Positions 8,442 through 17,611 of a stretch of DNA of 22,046 bases are shown one piece after another; position 1 is the first letter of the stretch, and the number at the start of each line of letters is the position of its first letter. Both the position numbers and the translations under genes were made by a program. The DNA comes from Candidatus Poribacteria bacterium (GTDB taxonomy: Bacteria; Poribacteria; WGA-4E; UBA9662), in NCBI GenBank assembly GCA_046582655.1, contig JAYGDX010000321.1:1-22046 (forward strand), given 5' to 3'. The notes beneath the pieces are model-generated. The model saw only the letters and a list, made by a program, of their open reading frames with translations, was not told where the DNA came from and made no database searches.

Positions 8442-9635
8442 TCATTCTACTGTGATCCCATCGGCCAAACGTCCATACTTTTTCATAACTGCCTGTAATT
8501 GATCTAAAGGTATAGCCTGAATCACCCTTCCTTTTCTTCCAGCAGTTGTTACTGCTGTTGTCATCGAGTTAATGATGGCTTCTTCGGTGGCTTCGATCAC
8601 TGCTTGATAAAGCCCATCCAGTCGATAATCGGCAAGTATGTTGAGAGAAAATGTCCCGTTTTTCGGTCTAAGGGGAATCACGTTGGCTGTTGAAAAAGCG
8701 ATCACAAAATCTCCGCTACTAACGGTGCTGGGCGTACCTGTGTGGGCTAGACCATACGCTGCTCTTATAGCCAGTTGCATCAGTTGACGGTGTATCAAAG
8801 GCGCATCAGTAGCTATGACGATAATAAATGAACCATCACGGTAGCTTTTGATTTTGGAATCAGTCATTTCCTGGCCTACGGGGACGCCGTCAATCCGAAG
8901 TTGGCGACGACGACCGCCGTTGGAATTAACTAGCACACCAACCGTGTATCCCCCCTGCCCTTCAGGTAAGACTCTGGAAGCTGTTCCAATTCCTGCCTTA
9001 AACCCATAACATCGCATTCCTGTGCCACCACCGACACATCCTTCCGCTACCCAATTGCTGCTAGCTTGTTCGATTGCTTGAATGGTATGGCCAGCTGTCA
9101 CGTGCAATCCACTGATATCATTCAACCCGCCATCATAGCATTCAGCCACAATAGGAAGAATAACATGATCATCCGGATAATGCTTAATGGTGTGTCTGAC
9201 AACACCGTCATGTACTGCACCAACACTCAGAGTATTAGTCAGCATTATCGGTGATTCAATCCATCCCGCTTGATTTATTCGTGCCATGCCGGTAGTTTCA
9301 CCGTTGCCGTGGATAGTGTAACTTGCTCCAAACAACCGATCCTTCCAGATATTGTCACGCGGAATGACAGCCGTAACACCCGTTCGGATACTATCCCCTT
9401 CATTCAGGGTAACATGCCCCACTTTGACACCAGCTACATCGGTGATAGCATTGTATGGCCCTGGCTGATAGATTCCGATTTGAATGCCGATATCTCGCGC
9501 ACGGGCACGACCTTCTGGAACAGTTAGGTTCACTTCACCACTATTTGCTGACACCTGAATTGACAGTAGACAGATTAACAAGTACAAACCTAGTTGGTTT
9601 GACCTATGCTTCGGCTTCCCATTGGATATCCACAT
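8442..9635 (-). CDS. dmpA: DmpA/BapA-like P1 (S58) aminopeptidase with predicted signal peptide
   Basis: NAITDVAGVKVGH, RTGVTAVIP, PIMLTNTLSVG, PIVAECYDGGLND, EGCVGGGTGM, autocleavage-type DGS-FIIVIATDAPL, SGDFVIAFST, EATEEAIINS; hydrophobic N-terminal segment ending VSA. Confidence 0.88.
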   Translation of the reverse strand: MWISNGKPKHRSNQLGLYLLICLLSIQVSANSGEVNLTVPEGRARARDIGIQIGIYQPGPYNAITDVAGVKVGHVTLNEGDSIRTGVTAVIPRDNIWKDRLFGASYTIHGNGETTGMARINQAGWIESPIMLTNTLSVGAVHDGVVRHTIKHYPDDHVILPIVAECYDGGLNDISGLHVTAGHTIQAIEQASSNWVAEGCVGGGTGMRCYGFKAGIGTASRVLPEGQGGYTVGVLVNSNGGRRRQLRIDGVPVGQEMTDSKIKSYRDGSFIIVIATDAPLIHRQLMQLAIRAAYGLAHTGTPSTVSSGDFVIAFSTANVIPLRPKNGTFSLNILADYRLDGLYQAVIEATEEAIINSMTTAVTTAGRKGRVIQAIPLDQLQAVMKKYGRLADGITVE

Positions 9636-9652
9636 AGTTAGTATCCCTTTTT

Positions 9653-10426
9653 TTATTTGTTTTCAGTTTGATTAAAACGATTGAGAACGTTCAGAAATGT
9701 TTGGGTTCTTTGATCCTGCGGCTCCGAGAAAATCTGATCCGGCGATCCAATTTCAACAAAGCGACCTTCATCGATGAATATCACGCGATTGGCGAAATCA
9801 CGAGCAAATCCCATCTCGTGTGTCACGATTAGCATCGTCATTCCATCTTCAACCAGTTGCTGCATCACGTTGAGGACTTCGACAATTAGTTCTGGATCTA
9901 GTGATGAGGTTGGCTCATCAAACAGCATAATTCTGGGTTTCATGGCTAATGCACGGGCGATAGCTACACGTTGTTGCTGCCCGCCGGAAAGACGTGACGG
10001 GTATTCATCTCGTTTGTCGGTTAACCCTACCTTTTCCAAGTTATATTTCCCGATTTCGATAGCTTCCGTTTGATCTATTCCTTTGACCGTAATAGGACCT
10101 TCCATGACATTTTGTAAAGCAGTCATATGAGGAAACAAATTAAAAGACTGAAACACCATTCCGGTTTTCAGCCGTATCTTATGAAGGCGACGACGATAAC
10201 TACGTCCGCTTTCTTGAGCATTAATTACAGTTCCCTCGATACTAATTGAGCCATAATCTGGTGTCTCCAGAAAGTTGAGACATCTCAGCAAAGTGCTTTT
10301 GCCGGAACCACTACGTCCAATAATACAAACTACCTCAGTCGTATCAACCGAGAACGAAAGATCCTTTAGGACATGAAGTTGACCGAAATATTTGTCTAGG
10401 TGAGAGACGCCTACAATAGATTCCAT
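9653..10426 (-). CDS. Polar amino acid ABC transporter ATP-binding protein (GlnQ-like)
   Basis: GRSGSGKST Walker A, MVFQSFNLFPHMT, LSGGQQQRVAIARALAM, FDEPTSSLDPE, VTHEMGFAR. The ATG at 10426 overlaps the permease stop (TGATG). Confidence 0.95.
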   Translation of the reverse strand: MESIVGVSHLDKYFGQLHVLKDLSFSVDTTEVVCIIGRSGSGKSTLLRCLNFLETPDYGSISIEGTVINAQESGRSYRRRLHKIRLKTGMVFQSFNLFPHMTALQNVMEGPITVKGIDQTEAIEIGKYNLEKVGLTDKRDEYPSRLSGGQQQRVAIARALAMKPRIMLFDEPTSSLDPELIVEVLNVMQQLVEDGMTMLIVTHEMGFARDFANRVIFIDEGRFVEIGSPDQIFSEPQDQRTQTFLNVLNRFNQTENK

Positions 10427-11268
10427 CAACGATCACCTTTAGCTAAATATCTTTCCACACGTCCTTGAATTATAGAAAAAATAATGGTCAGAACCCAATA
10501 AAAGATAGCAGCAATAAATAATGCTTCTAGATTCCGGAAGTACGCACGGCCTTGCTTCTGTGCTCTCCATAGGATCTCCCAGACGAAACCAGTAACGGAA
10601 ACCAGTGCGGTATCCTTCAGCATAGCAATAAACTGATTGCCAATCGGCGGAATGACCAACCGAATCGCCTGTGGTAATACGATCCTTTGCATCAACTGGC
10701 GTTGGGTCATTCCTATTGCCAATGCAGCTTCCCGTTGTCCAACCCCCACCGACTGAATACCAGCCCGAAAGATCTCAGTCATATAAGCACCATAGTTAAT
10801 TCCGAGTGCTAGAATTCCAGCCGTCATTCCAGACAGGCGTATACCCAACTGAGGCAATCCCAGATAGAAGAAGATAATCTGTAACAGAAGTGGAGTTCCG
10901 CGAATTAGGGATATGTAGAAGGTCGCTAAAGCATAGGCTAGCGGAATCTTGGATAACCGACCAAGCGCGCCCAGAAAAGCTAAACAGGATGCCAAAACAA
11001 CAGAGAAAAAAGATAGCAGAATCGTTAAACCGATGCCGCCAGCAATAAAAGGGGTATGTTTACGGATAAATTGAAAATCGAGTTTAATGGTTTTAATCTG
11101 GATTCCCAGAAGCCGAGCTTCAAAACCGCTGAAGGCGAATAATAGGATGATAAGTAAACTCAACCAGGATACGCAGACACCAAGTTGAAAACGGAATCGC
11201 TGCTGTTTTCTAAGTTCTTCAATTAGTTCGCTTCGGTTCTTGGTATCAGAACCAGATGTATGGTTCAT
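10426..11268 (-). CDS. Polar amino acid ABC transporter permease (HisM/GlnP-like)
   Basis: IRGTPLLLQI, YGAYMTEIFRAGIQSVGVGQREAALAIGM (EAA loop), LPQAIRLVIPPIGNQFIAMLKDTALVS; several hydrophobic helices. Confidence 0.95.
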   Translation of the reverse strand: MNHTSGSDTKNRSELIEELRKQQRFRFQLGVCVSWLSLLIILLFAFSGFEARLLGIQIKTIKLDFQFIRKHTPFIAGGIGLTILLSFFSVVLASCLAFLGALGRLSKIPLAYALATFYISLIRGTPLLLQIIFFYLGLPQLGIRLSGMTAGILALGINYGAYMTEIFRAGIQSVGVGQREAALAIGMTQRQLMQRIVLPQAIRLVIPPIGNQFIAMLKDTALVSVTGFVWEILWRAQKQGRAYFRNLEALFIAAIFYWVLTIIFSIIQGRVERYLAKGDR

Positions 11269-12146
11269 ATATTCGGATCTTGGGTTTTATCTTCTTTAAA
11301 CCATTTCATTGAAAAGGTGCTGAGTGTTTCATCTTTATGCATATCAACAATGATTTCATTCACCTTCTTCACTAGGCGGGTATTATCCTTAGAACCATTC
11401 TTACCAAAAGCAACAGCTAGGTTCTCTGCAAAAACAGGGGGTCCCACTTTGTGAACGGGTATTCCGTGTTTTATGGCTGCTTCGACAATTGTGTTAGAGG
11501 TCAGAAAGATGGCAAATTCTTCCCGTCCCACTTGAATCGATTGCACACATTCATTATCCGTTTTTAACGGAATGACAGTAATGTTCATTGGCGGATCCGC
11601 ATAAAGGCTTGACTCCGGAAATTCTACTATTCCGTTAAGCCAATCTTCGTAAACGGTGGACACGCAAACGCAGACGCTTTGCCCGTTAATATCTTCTAAT
11701 ACATTAATCCCCGAACTGGTAGTTGCTGCAAACTGCGCCATTGTGTAGTAATAAGGCGGCTGAGCAAAATCGAGTATTTCCTGACGTCTGGTTGTGATTG
11801 CCATTGAACCGACGCTCATATCCCACTGGCCTCCCCAATTCCCAGCAACTACCAGATCCCAGTCAGGTGTGCTAAATTTCACCTCTACACCTAACCGCTT
11901 ACCAATTTCCTTAGCGACGTCGATATCAAAGCCAACAAATTCACCACTTTCCGTTAAATACGATTGTGGTTCGTAATTGGCATCGGTCGAAACGCGAATA
12001 ATACCCTTCTTTTGAATTTGGGCTAGCAGATCGTTAGCAGATTCAGCCATTGATGAAGGTTGGTGGTTGGCCTTTTTATCATTGGTGCAGGAGATCAGCG
12101 ACAAAAAGAATATTAAGTAAATCAAAATGGGAATGATCTTTCTCAC
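11265..12146 (-). CDS. Polar amino acid ABC transporter substrate-binding lipoprotein (SBP family 3)
   Basis: Lipobox-like LISC; IRVSTDANYEPQSY, GFDIDVAKEIGKRLGVEV, WDMSVGSMAIT; stop overlaps the permease start. Confidence 0.92.
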   Translation of the reverse strand: MRKIIPILIYLIFFLSLISCTNDKKANHQPSSMAESANDLLAQIQKKGIIRVSTDANYEPQSYLTESGEFVGFDIDVAKEIGKRLGVEVKFSTPDWDLVVAGNWGGQWDMSVGSMAITTRRQEILDFAQPPYYYTMAQFAATTSSGINVLEDINGQSVCVCVSTVYEDWLNGIVEFPESSLYADPPMNITVIPLKTDNECVQSIQVGREEFAIFLTSNTIVEAAIKHGIPVHKVGPPVFAENLAVAFGKNGSKDNTRLVKKVNEIIVDMHKDETLSTFSMKWFKEDKTQDPNI

Positions 12147-12272
12147 AATCTATACTCCTGGAAACTCTGTTTTAGTCACTTAAGTGGCAATATCGATAGT
12201 TGATGTGTGTTTCGACTTATCAGGTTCACCCTACCAAATATGTAAACTTAAATTTTCAACTTTCTAGGCGCA

Positions 12273-12281
12273 ATTATATCA
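12273..12281 (-). promoter_or_regulatory. Possible extended -10 promoter element for the ABC transporter operon
   Basis: Minus strand TGATATAAT about 125 bp upstream of the SBP start; the -35 match is weak (TGGATT). Confidence 0.4.
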
Positions 12282-12519
12282 GTATTACCCATAAAAATCC
12301 ATAGCACCTGAGAGAATATTGGCCAACGGAAAATCTACCTTTACCGTACCTGTTTCTCATGGTCCACGATCATGGGTAAATTGTGAAGAACACTGAAAGC
12401 GAGTGAGATTTTTAGATTGCATAATTCATTTTAGTAAATCATTTAGATACGTTATTATATAAAACTTGGTTTTCGTCCCAACGAAATAAATGGTAGCGAA
12501 TTGAACAAGAGGAGGTTAT

Positions 12520-13950
12520 GTGGCAAAATTTCTTGGAATAGTTATGACACCATTGGATGTGCAAGTTGAAGGCATGAATGCGGTCATGGATCGTATCGAG
12601 TCGACTGGCGCAGCAGCGATCAATTGTGGTCGCATGTTGAATCGCCAAGCAGATCCTCATACGGGGTTTCGCGCTCCACCGCTCGATATTGATGGTTATA
12701 GTCGAGTCTTTGATCGCCCAGTGTGGGGTGAGCACGAACTGTATCTGGAAAGTTTCCGTACCAAAAAACCGGATTTATCTTGGTACGACAACCTGTCCTA
12801 TAAACCTGAATGGAAGGAAATTCCAAATGATCTAGATGTAGATCTTCCTGACAAGATTTACGAATCGGCGAAAAATCGTGGTTGGAAGATCTATACTTCG
12901 GTTACACCGCTGGCAGTACCAAAACTCAGAGATGAGGATAAAATGCGATGGATTGATGGTCAGATACCGGATCCCCATCGGCGGGTGGCCAATCAAGGCT
13001 GTCCTAGTGCCCCCAACGTCCGTGCTTGGGCTATAGCGGCTGTTCTGGATGAGATCAGTCAACAACCACGAGTAGACGGTGTTTGTCTGGATTGGGTCGA
13101 GTACACAACCTATTTGCTGGAAGACCATTTCAGTTGCTTCAGTTCGCATTCACAACAACACATGCAAGAACTCGGGTATGATTCGGAAAAGATTGAGCGA
13201 GACGTAATTGATCTGTGGAATTACCTACACAATTTGACTTCGGATCGGCTAGATCACACCAAACGTATTGTTCAAAATCCATCGGAGATAATAGATCTAT
13301 TAGTACGTTTCTCTGGTTTCTGCGATTTTTTACGGTTCAAATCAGATGTTGTTTATGGACTATATCGTGAAATTCGAAAAGTAATGGATCAATCGGGATA
13401 TGCCGATATTGAGTTGGTGGCCAACGGTTGGGCCCCACCGTTTAATCGATCCAGTGGCATGGATTACGGGCGGTTGGCAGAAACCGTGCAGTGTGTTCGT
13501 CCCAAACTCTATACTTTCCATTGGTCTTCAATGCCACGTTGGTATGGTCAGGTTTTGAAAGTCTGGAATCCAGATCTTGGAGAGTCAGCCATTCTGGAGG
13601 CTATCAAAGCTTGGTTCAATTTACCAGATGATATTGAATCGCCAACCTTCGCAAATTACCATATTCCAAGGGCAAACGAAAAACATCCTGTTCATTTCGA
13701 AACCTTTGCCCACCGGGTGGATGAAGTAGTTCGGCAAGTGGGCGATAGGGTATCTGTAACCCCGCTGGCACACGGATATGTCCCACTGGAACAGTGGAAA
13801 CAAACAGTGGCCGTTGTTAGAGACACAGCCGCAGATGGGATGTGGGCTCAACGCTACTGCTATTTGTCGGACGCAAAGATCTCCGCCTTAGCTGAAATTT
13901 GGAACGTTGAAAACGAAGGACGCCCCATGGCACTCAGTTCATTTTTTTAA
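12520..13950 (+). CDS. Uncharacterised protein, probable glycoside-hydrolase-like TIM barrel
   Basis: 476-aa ORF with strong RBS AGGAGG before GTG. Segments GCPSAPNVRAW...VDGVCLDWVEY, HFSCFS and GMDYGRLA resemble GHL10-like barrels. Confidence 0.6.
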   Translation: MAKFLGIVMTPLDVQVEGMNAVMDRIESTGAAAINCGRMLNRQADPHTGFRAPPLDIDGYSRVFDRPVWGEHELYLESFRTKKPDLSWYDNLSYKPEWKEIPNDLDVDLPDKIYESAKNRGWKIYTSVTPLAVPKLRDEDKMRWIDGQIPDPHRRVANQGCPSAPNVRAWAIAAVLDEISQQPRVDGVCLDWVEYTTYLLEDHFSCFSSHSQQHMQELGYDSEKIERDVIDLWNYLHNLTSDRLDHTKRIVQNPSEIIDLLVRFSGFCDFLRFKSDVVYGLYREIRKVMDQSGYADIELVANGWAPPFNRSSGMDYGRLAETVQCVRPKLYTFHWSSMPRWYGQVLKVWNPDLGESAILEAIKAWFNLPDDIESPTFANYHIPRANEKHPVHFETFAHRVDEVVRQVGDRVSVTPLAHGYVPLEQWKQTVAVVRDTAADGMWAQRYCYLSDAKISALAEIWNVENEGRPMALSSFF

Positions 13951-14076
13951 TCATATAAAAATTAGTTATATAAAAAATCTTGATGTCTTATTGGATTTAC
14001 AGTTAAACTTGCACAGAATGTGTTCATACTTGAATATTGAAAAGAGATTAGGTGTAAATCTCACTAGGAGCGAAGA

Positions 14077-14871
14077 ATGGATACAAAATTGGGAATCATC
14101 CATTACAATTTTGCTGGGTCAATGGATGATTTTCTAACCTATTGTAGCAAAACCGGCTATAAGTACGTAGAAATTCAAATTGGTAGTATATGGGGGGCGG
14201 ATGCGGAGAAGAATGCCGAGGATTTACGGAAAAAAACCGATTCATATGATTTAAAGGTTTCGGCTATCGCAGCTGGAAATGATTTTGTCGTCCTTGACTC
14301 ACAACAGATTGAAATACAGGTTGATCGGGTTGAGCGTATTGCGGGCCTTGCTCGCACTTTAGGAACTTCAACATTACGGATGGAAGGGGGAGCGCCAAAG
14401 GATAGTGTGCCTGAAACCCGTTGGGTTGAAGCGATGGAAATATGCTTAAAACGATGTTTAGATCAATTTGCCGAACGGGACGGAATCCTGTTGGCAGTTG
14501 ATAATCACGGGATTGTTACAAACGACGGCGATTTACAACTTGAGCTGATTCAGCGAGTGGATTCTGACTTGGTGGGCGTCTGCCTTGATACTATGAATTA
14601 TCGCTGGTTTGGCCATGATCTTGATCAAGTGAACCGGTACTATGAAATTCTCGCACCATATACATTGCATATGCATCTTAAAGATGGTCGTGGATCTCGA
14701 GAAACTTATCGTGGTGAAGCGTTAGGGGAAGGTGAAATCTATCTCAAGAAAGCAGTACGTTTCTTAAAGAATGCGGGGTATAATGGTGTCTGGACATGCG
14801 AATATGAGGGACGTGAGAATGACGGTGTCGGTCAAACAAAATCTTATCAATGGATGGTAGAGAATCTCTGA
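14077..14871 (+). CDS. Sugar phosphate isomerase/epimerase (xylose isomerase-like TIM barrel)
   Basis: GYKYVEI, LAVDNHG, VGVCLDTMN, HMHLKD, LGEGEI, GYNGVWTCEYEG; RBS AGGAG. Confidence 0.88.
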   Translation: MDTKLGIIHYNFAGSMDDFLTYCSKTGYKYVEIQIGSIWGADAEKNAEDLRKKTDSYDLKVSAIAAGNDFVVLDSQQIEIQVDRVERIAGLARTLGTSTLRMEGGAPKDSVPETRWVEAMEICLKRCLDQFAERDGILLAVDNHGIVTNDGDLQLELIQRVDSDLVGVCLDTMNYRWFGHDLDQVNRYYEILAPYTLHMHLKDGRGSRETYRGEALGEGEIYLKKAVRFLKNAGYNGVWTCEYEGRENDGVGQTKSYQWMVENL

Positions 14872-14895
14872 TCTTAAGACAAATACACGTCAGAA

Positions 14896-14926
14896 TTAAA
14901 ACTCGGGCGGTTTTTCTGAGTTCTAA
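14896..14926. terminator. Imperfect hairpin after the isomerase gene, possible terminator
   Basis: TTAAAACTCGGG (14896-14907) pairs imperfectly with TCTGAGTTCTAA (14915-14926); no clear U-tract. Confidence 0.3.
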
Positions 14927-14927
14927 C

Positions 14928-14956
14928 TTGCCTAGGTTTGTATTTTGCAGTATAAT
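14928..14956 (+). promoter_or_regulatory. sigma70-type promoter of the sulfite reductase locus
   Basis: TTGCCT (14928-14933), 17 bp, TATAAT (14951-14956). Confidence 0.7.
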
Positions 14957-15057
14957 AATATAGTATTTTCCCAAAGTACATTAAGGAAAGAAATTGTGTA
15001 ATTGGCCAAGGTTGGTTCTCTCTCGCCATAACTTTAAAGTAAAAGGAGTTAGAAAAA

Positions 15058-17499
15058 ATGGCAACAGAACAATTAATCCCTTATAACGCAGAAGCAATTC
15101 CTCCAGATGTTGCCCGTGCCATCGAGATTTATGAAATCCAGCTTGGGCGTGTCCAGTCTGGTCAAGTAGCCGAAGAGGTCTTCACCGAATTTAGACTTCG
15201 CCATGGTGTCTATGGTCAACGAGATAACGGCTCCCAGATGATTCGAGTCAAAATCCCTTATGGTGGGTTGAACGCTGACCAATTGGAAATGCTGGCCGAC
15301 GTCGGTGAAGAGTTTTCCGATAACATTATTCACATCACCACTCGACAAGACGTTCAGTATCACTACGTTGATATCAACAATACTCCCGAACTGATGCGAC
15401 GGTTAGCCTCGGTTGGGATTACTACCAAGGAGGCATGCGGGAACGTCGTCCGGAATGTCACTGCTTGCCCTCTGTCGGGTGTCTGTAACGACGAAGCATT
15501 TGATGTCACCCCTTATTCCAAAGCCCTTTCATCTTTTTTACTTGGGCATCCAGATAGTCAAGATTTTGGTCGAAAGTTTAAGATCTCATTTTCTGGTTGT
15601 CACGATCATGCTTGTGGCTTTGCCCAGATGCATGATATCGGTGCTGTCGCCGTTGTAAAAGAGGTCGATGATGAGAAAAAACGCGGATTTAAAATGTATG
15701 TTGGTGGAGGTCTTGGTGCTGTCCCTCATAGAGCTAAAATCTTAGAGGAATTCCTACCTGTCGAGGAACTGCTCCCAGTTTCGCAAGCGATGGCTAAAGT
15801 CTTCAGTCGATTTGGCGAACGCAAAAACCGAAATAAAGCTCGGATGAAGTTTGTAGTAGCTAAACTCGGCATCGACGAGTTCCGCCGTGAAGTTCATGCT
15901 GAACGTGAGAAATTACGCCATGACCCAGCATGGACGGCCTATTTGGATGACCTGGATGAATTTGATGAGTCACCGCTCAAGCCGCCAACCCAACTCAACG
16001 GCACCAAAAAGCCGGACGGATTTCACGCTTGGGATGCGACCAATGTTAAGCCACAAGCACAACCTGGCTATGCCGTGGTGCAGGTCACTTTGCCTTTAGG
16101 CGACATTACATCGAATCAGACCCGTGGTTTGGCCGACATCGCTCGCAAATATGTCAAAGATACGATTCGGGCCACTGTTGAGCAGAATATCATCCTGCGT
16201 TGGGTCACGATGAGCGATCTACCCTCTGTCTACAGCGAATTGCAAGCCATTGGTTTGGCAGAAGGCGATGCCGAACGGCTGACCGATATTACAGCGTGTC
16301 CCGGCACCGACTCCTGCAAGTTGGGAATTTCCTCTTCACGCGGTTTGGCGGCCTCGTTGCGGGGGCACTTTTTGAAAAACAGAGTCAATGAGGAAATCAA
16401 AGACCTGCGGATCAAAATCAGTGGTTGTCCCAACTCTTGTGGTGCGCACCACGTGGCCAACATTGGCTTCTTTGGTTCCTCTCGTCGTATACAGGGACAC
16501 ATCGCCCCCTATTACCAAGTTATATTGGGTGGTCATGCCACCGAAAATGCAGGCTCTTACGGCTTAGCTGCAGGTAAGATTCACGGCGAGCATATTCCAC
16601 AGTTCATCGAACACTTGACTGGTCGGTATCTGGATGAGCGAACCGACGAAAACGAAACCTTCACCAGCTATATCAAGCGGTTGGGTAAACCTGAAATCAA
16701 GTCGGTTCTAAAGCAGTATGACGAAATTCCGTCTTATGAAGAAGACCCTAGCTACTACATCGACACAGGTGACAGCAAAGAGTTCAAGTTGCAAAAAGGC
16801 GTCGGTGAATGTGCTGGGGAATTAATTGAGTTGGTCTCTTTCAAACTAGAAGAGGCGGACCGACTGATCTACGAAGCTGGTGTTCATCTGGAAGATGATG
16901 AGTTTGAAGCCTCTGCCGCCCGTTCGTTTGAAGCCATGATTCATGCCGCTGACGGCCTACTCACGACCGAAGGCATACAATACATCGATGACGAAACGAC
17001 GGTTCGCGAATTTCGGGACCGCTTCTTCGATACGCAGATTTTCTTCTCAGCCTATGGCGAATACTTGTTCAAGGCCACTGAGGAAAATACCTCCACATTC
17101 GATGAGGAATTAACACATCGTCGGGTAGAGGAAGCCACCCTGTTTGTCGAGCAATCCCACAATGTTTACGGGCGAATGCAAATTCGGCAAGAAGAAGAGA
17201 ATCAAGCTAGAGGTCGTAAGAAACGGGAAGCCACACCAGCTAGAATCCCAAAACCAGCAGCTGAGGCTGAAGCGATTGTCGATAGCATGGATCTAAAGGG
17301 GGTTGCTTGCCCATTTAATTATGTTCAAGCCAAGATTAGACTGGAGCAAATGAATCTGAGAGAATTGTTGGAGATTACCATCGACGATGGTGAACCTATT
17401 AAGAATGTCCCTACTAGTCTGACAAATGATGGACACGAAATTGTCGATACCAAAAAGGTCGGCCAGCACTATCGCCTTTTAATTCGTAAAGGTGAATAA
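15058..17499 (+). CDS. Siroheme/[4Fe-4S] sulfite (or nitrite) reductase with a HEPN-like helical domain and a C-terminal TusA/SirA sulfurtransferase domain
   Basis: FRLRHGVYGQR, MIRVKIPYG, HITTRQDVQ, RKFKISFSGC, RNKARMKF; cluster ligands CPGTDSC (C414/C420) and SGCPNSC (C457/C461); C-terminal DLKGVACPFNYVQAK...DDGEPIKNVP (TusA, C751); RBS AAGGAG. Confidence 0.9.
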   Translation: MATEQLIPYNAEAIPPDVARAIEIYEIQLGRVQSGQVAEEVFTEFRLRHGVYGQRDNGSQMIRVKIPYGGLNADQLEMLADVGEEFSDNIIHITTRQDVQYHYVDINNTPELMRRLASVGITTKEACGNVVRNVTACPLSGVCNDEAFDVTPYSKALSSFLLGHPDSQDFGRKFKISFSGCHDHACGFAQMHDIGAVAVVKEVDDEKKRGFKMYVGGGLGAVPHRAKILEEFLPVEELLPVSQAMAKVFSRFGERKNRNKARMKFVVAKLGIDEFRREVHAEREKLRHDPAWTAYLDDLDEFDESPLKPPTQLNGTKKPDGFHAWDATNVKPQAQPGYAVVQVTLPLGDITSNQTRGLADIARKYVKDTIRATVEQNIILRWVTMSDLPSVYSELQAIGLAEGDAERLTDITACPGTDSCKLGISSSRGLAASLRGHFLKNRVNEEIKDLRIKISGCPNSCGAHHVANIGFFGSSRRIQGHIAPYYQVILGGHATENAGSYGLAAGKIHGEHIPQFIEHLTGRYLDERTDENETFTSYIKRLGKPEIKSVLKQYDEIPSYEEDPSYYIDTGDSKEFKLQKGVGECAGELIELVSFKLEEADRLIYEAGVHLEDDEFEASAARSFEAMIHAADGLLTTEGIQYIDDETTVREFRDRFFDTQIFFSAYGEYLFKATEENTSTFDEELTHRRVEEATLFVEQSHNVYGRMQIRQEEENQARGRKKREATPARIPKPAAEAEAIVDSMDLKGVACPFNYVQAKIRLEQMNLRELLEITIDDGEPIKNVPTSLTNDGHEIVDTKKVGQHYRLLIRKGE

Positions 17500-17507
17500 C
17501 TAGGAGA

Positions 17508-17540
17508 TACGGCATGAGGTAAGCATCGCCTCATGCCGTA
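17508..17540. repeat. Strong intercistronic hairpin (REP-like or mRNA-stabilising)
   Basis: TACGGCATGAGG (17508-17519) and CCTCATGCCGTA (17529-17540) form a perfect 12-bp inverted repeat, 8 nt after the reductase stop, with no U-tract. Confidence 0.75.
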
Positions 17541-17611
17541 CTTGTGTCCTCATAGATTTTGGACAGATCCAATGAAACTATCTCATAAAATCCCGAGAGA
17601 GCTCACGCAAA

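Noticed and set aside
8311..8502. 63-aa plus-strand ORF after trpG
   Set aside because: No RBS or recognisable motif; it spans degenerate repeats and overlaps the dmpA 3' end
14957..15057. Possible SAM riboswitch or leader peptide in the reductase 5' UTR
   Set aside because: No SAM-I core motifs and no Cys/Met-rich ORF; only short palindromes (TTGGCCAA, ACTTTAAAGT) expected by chance
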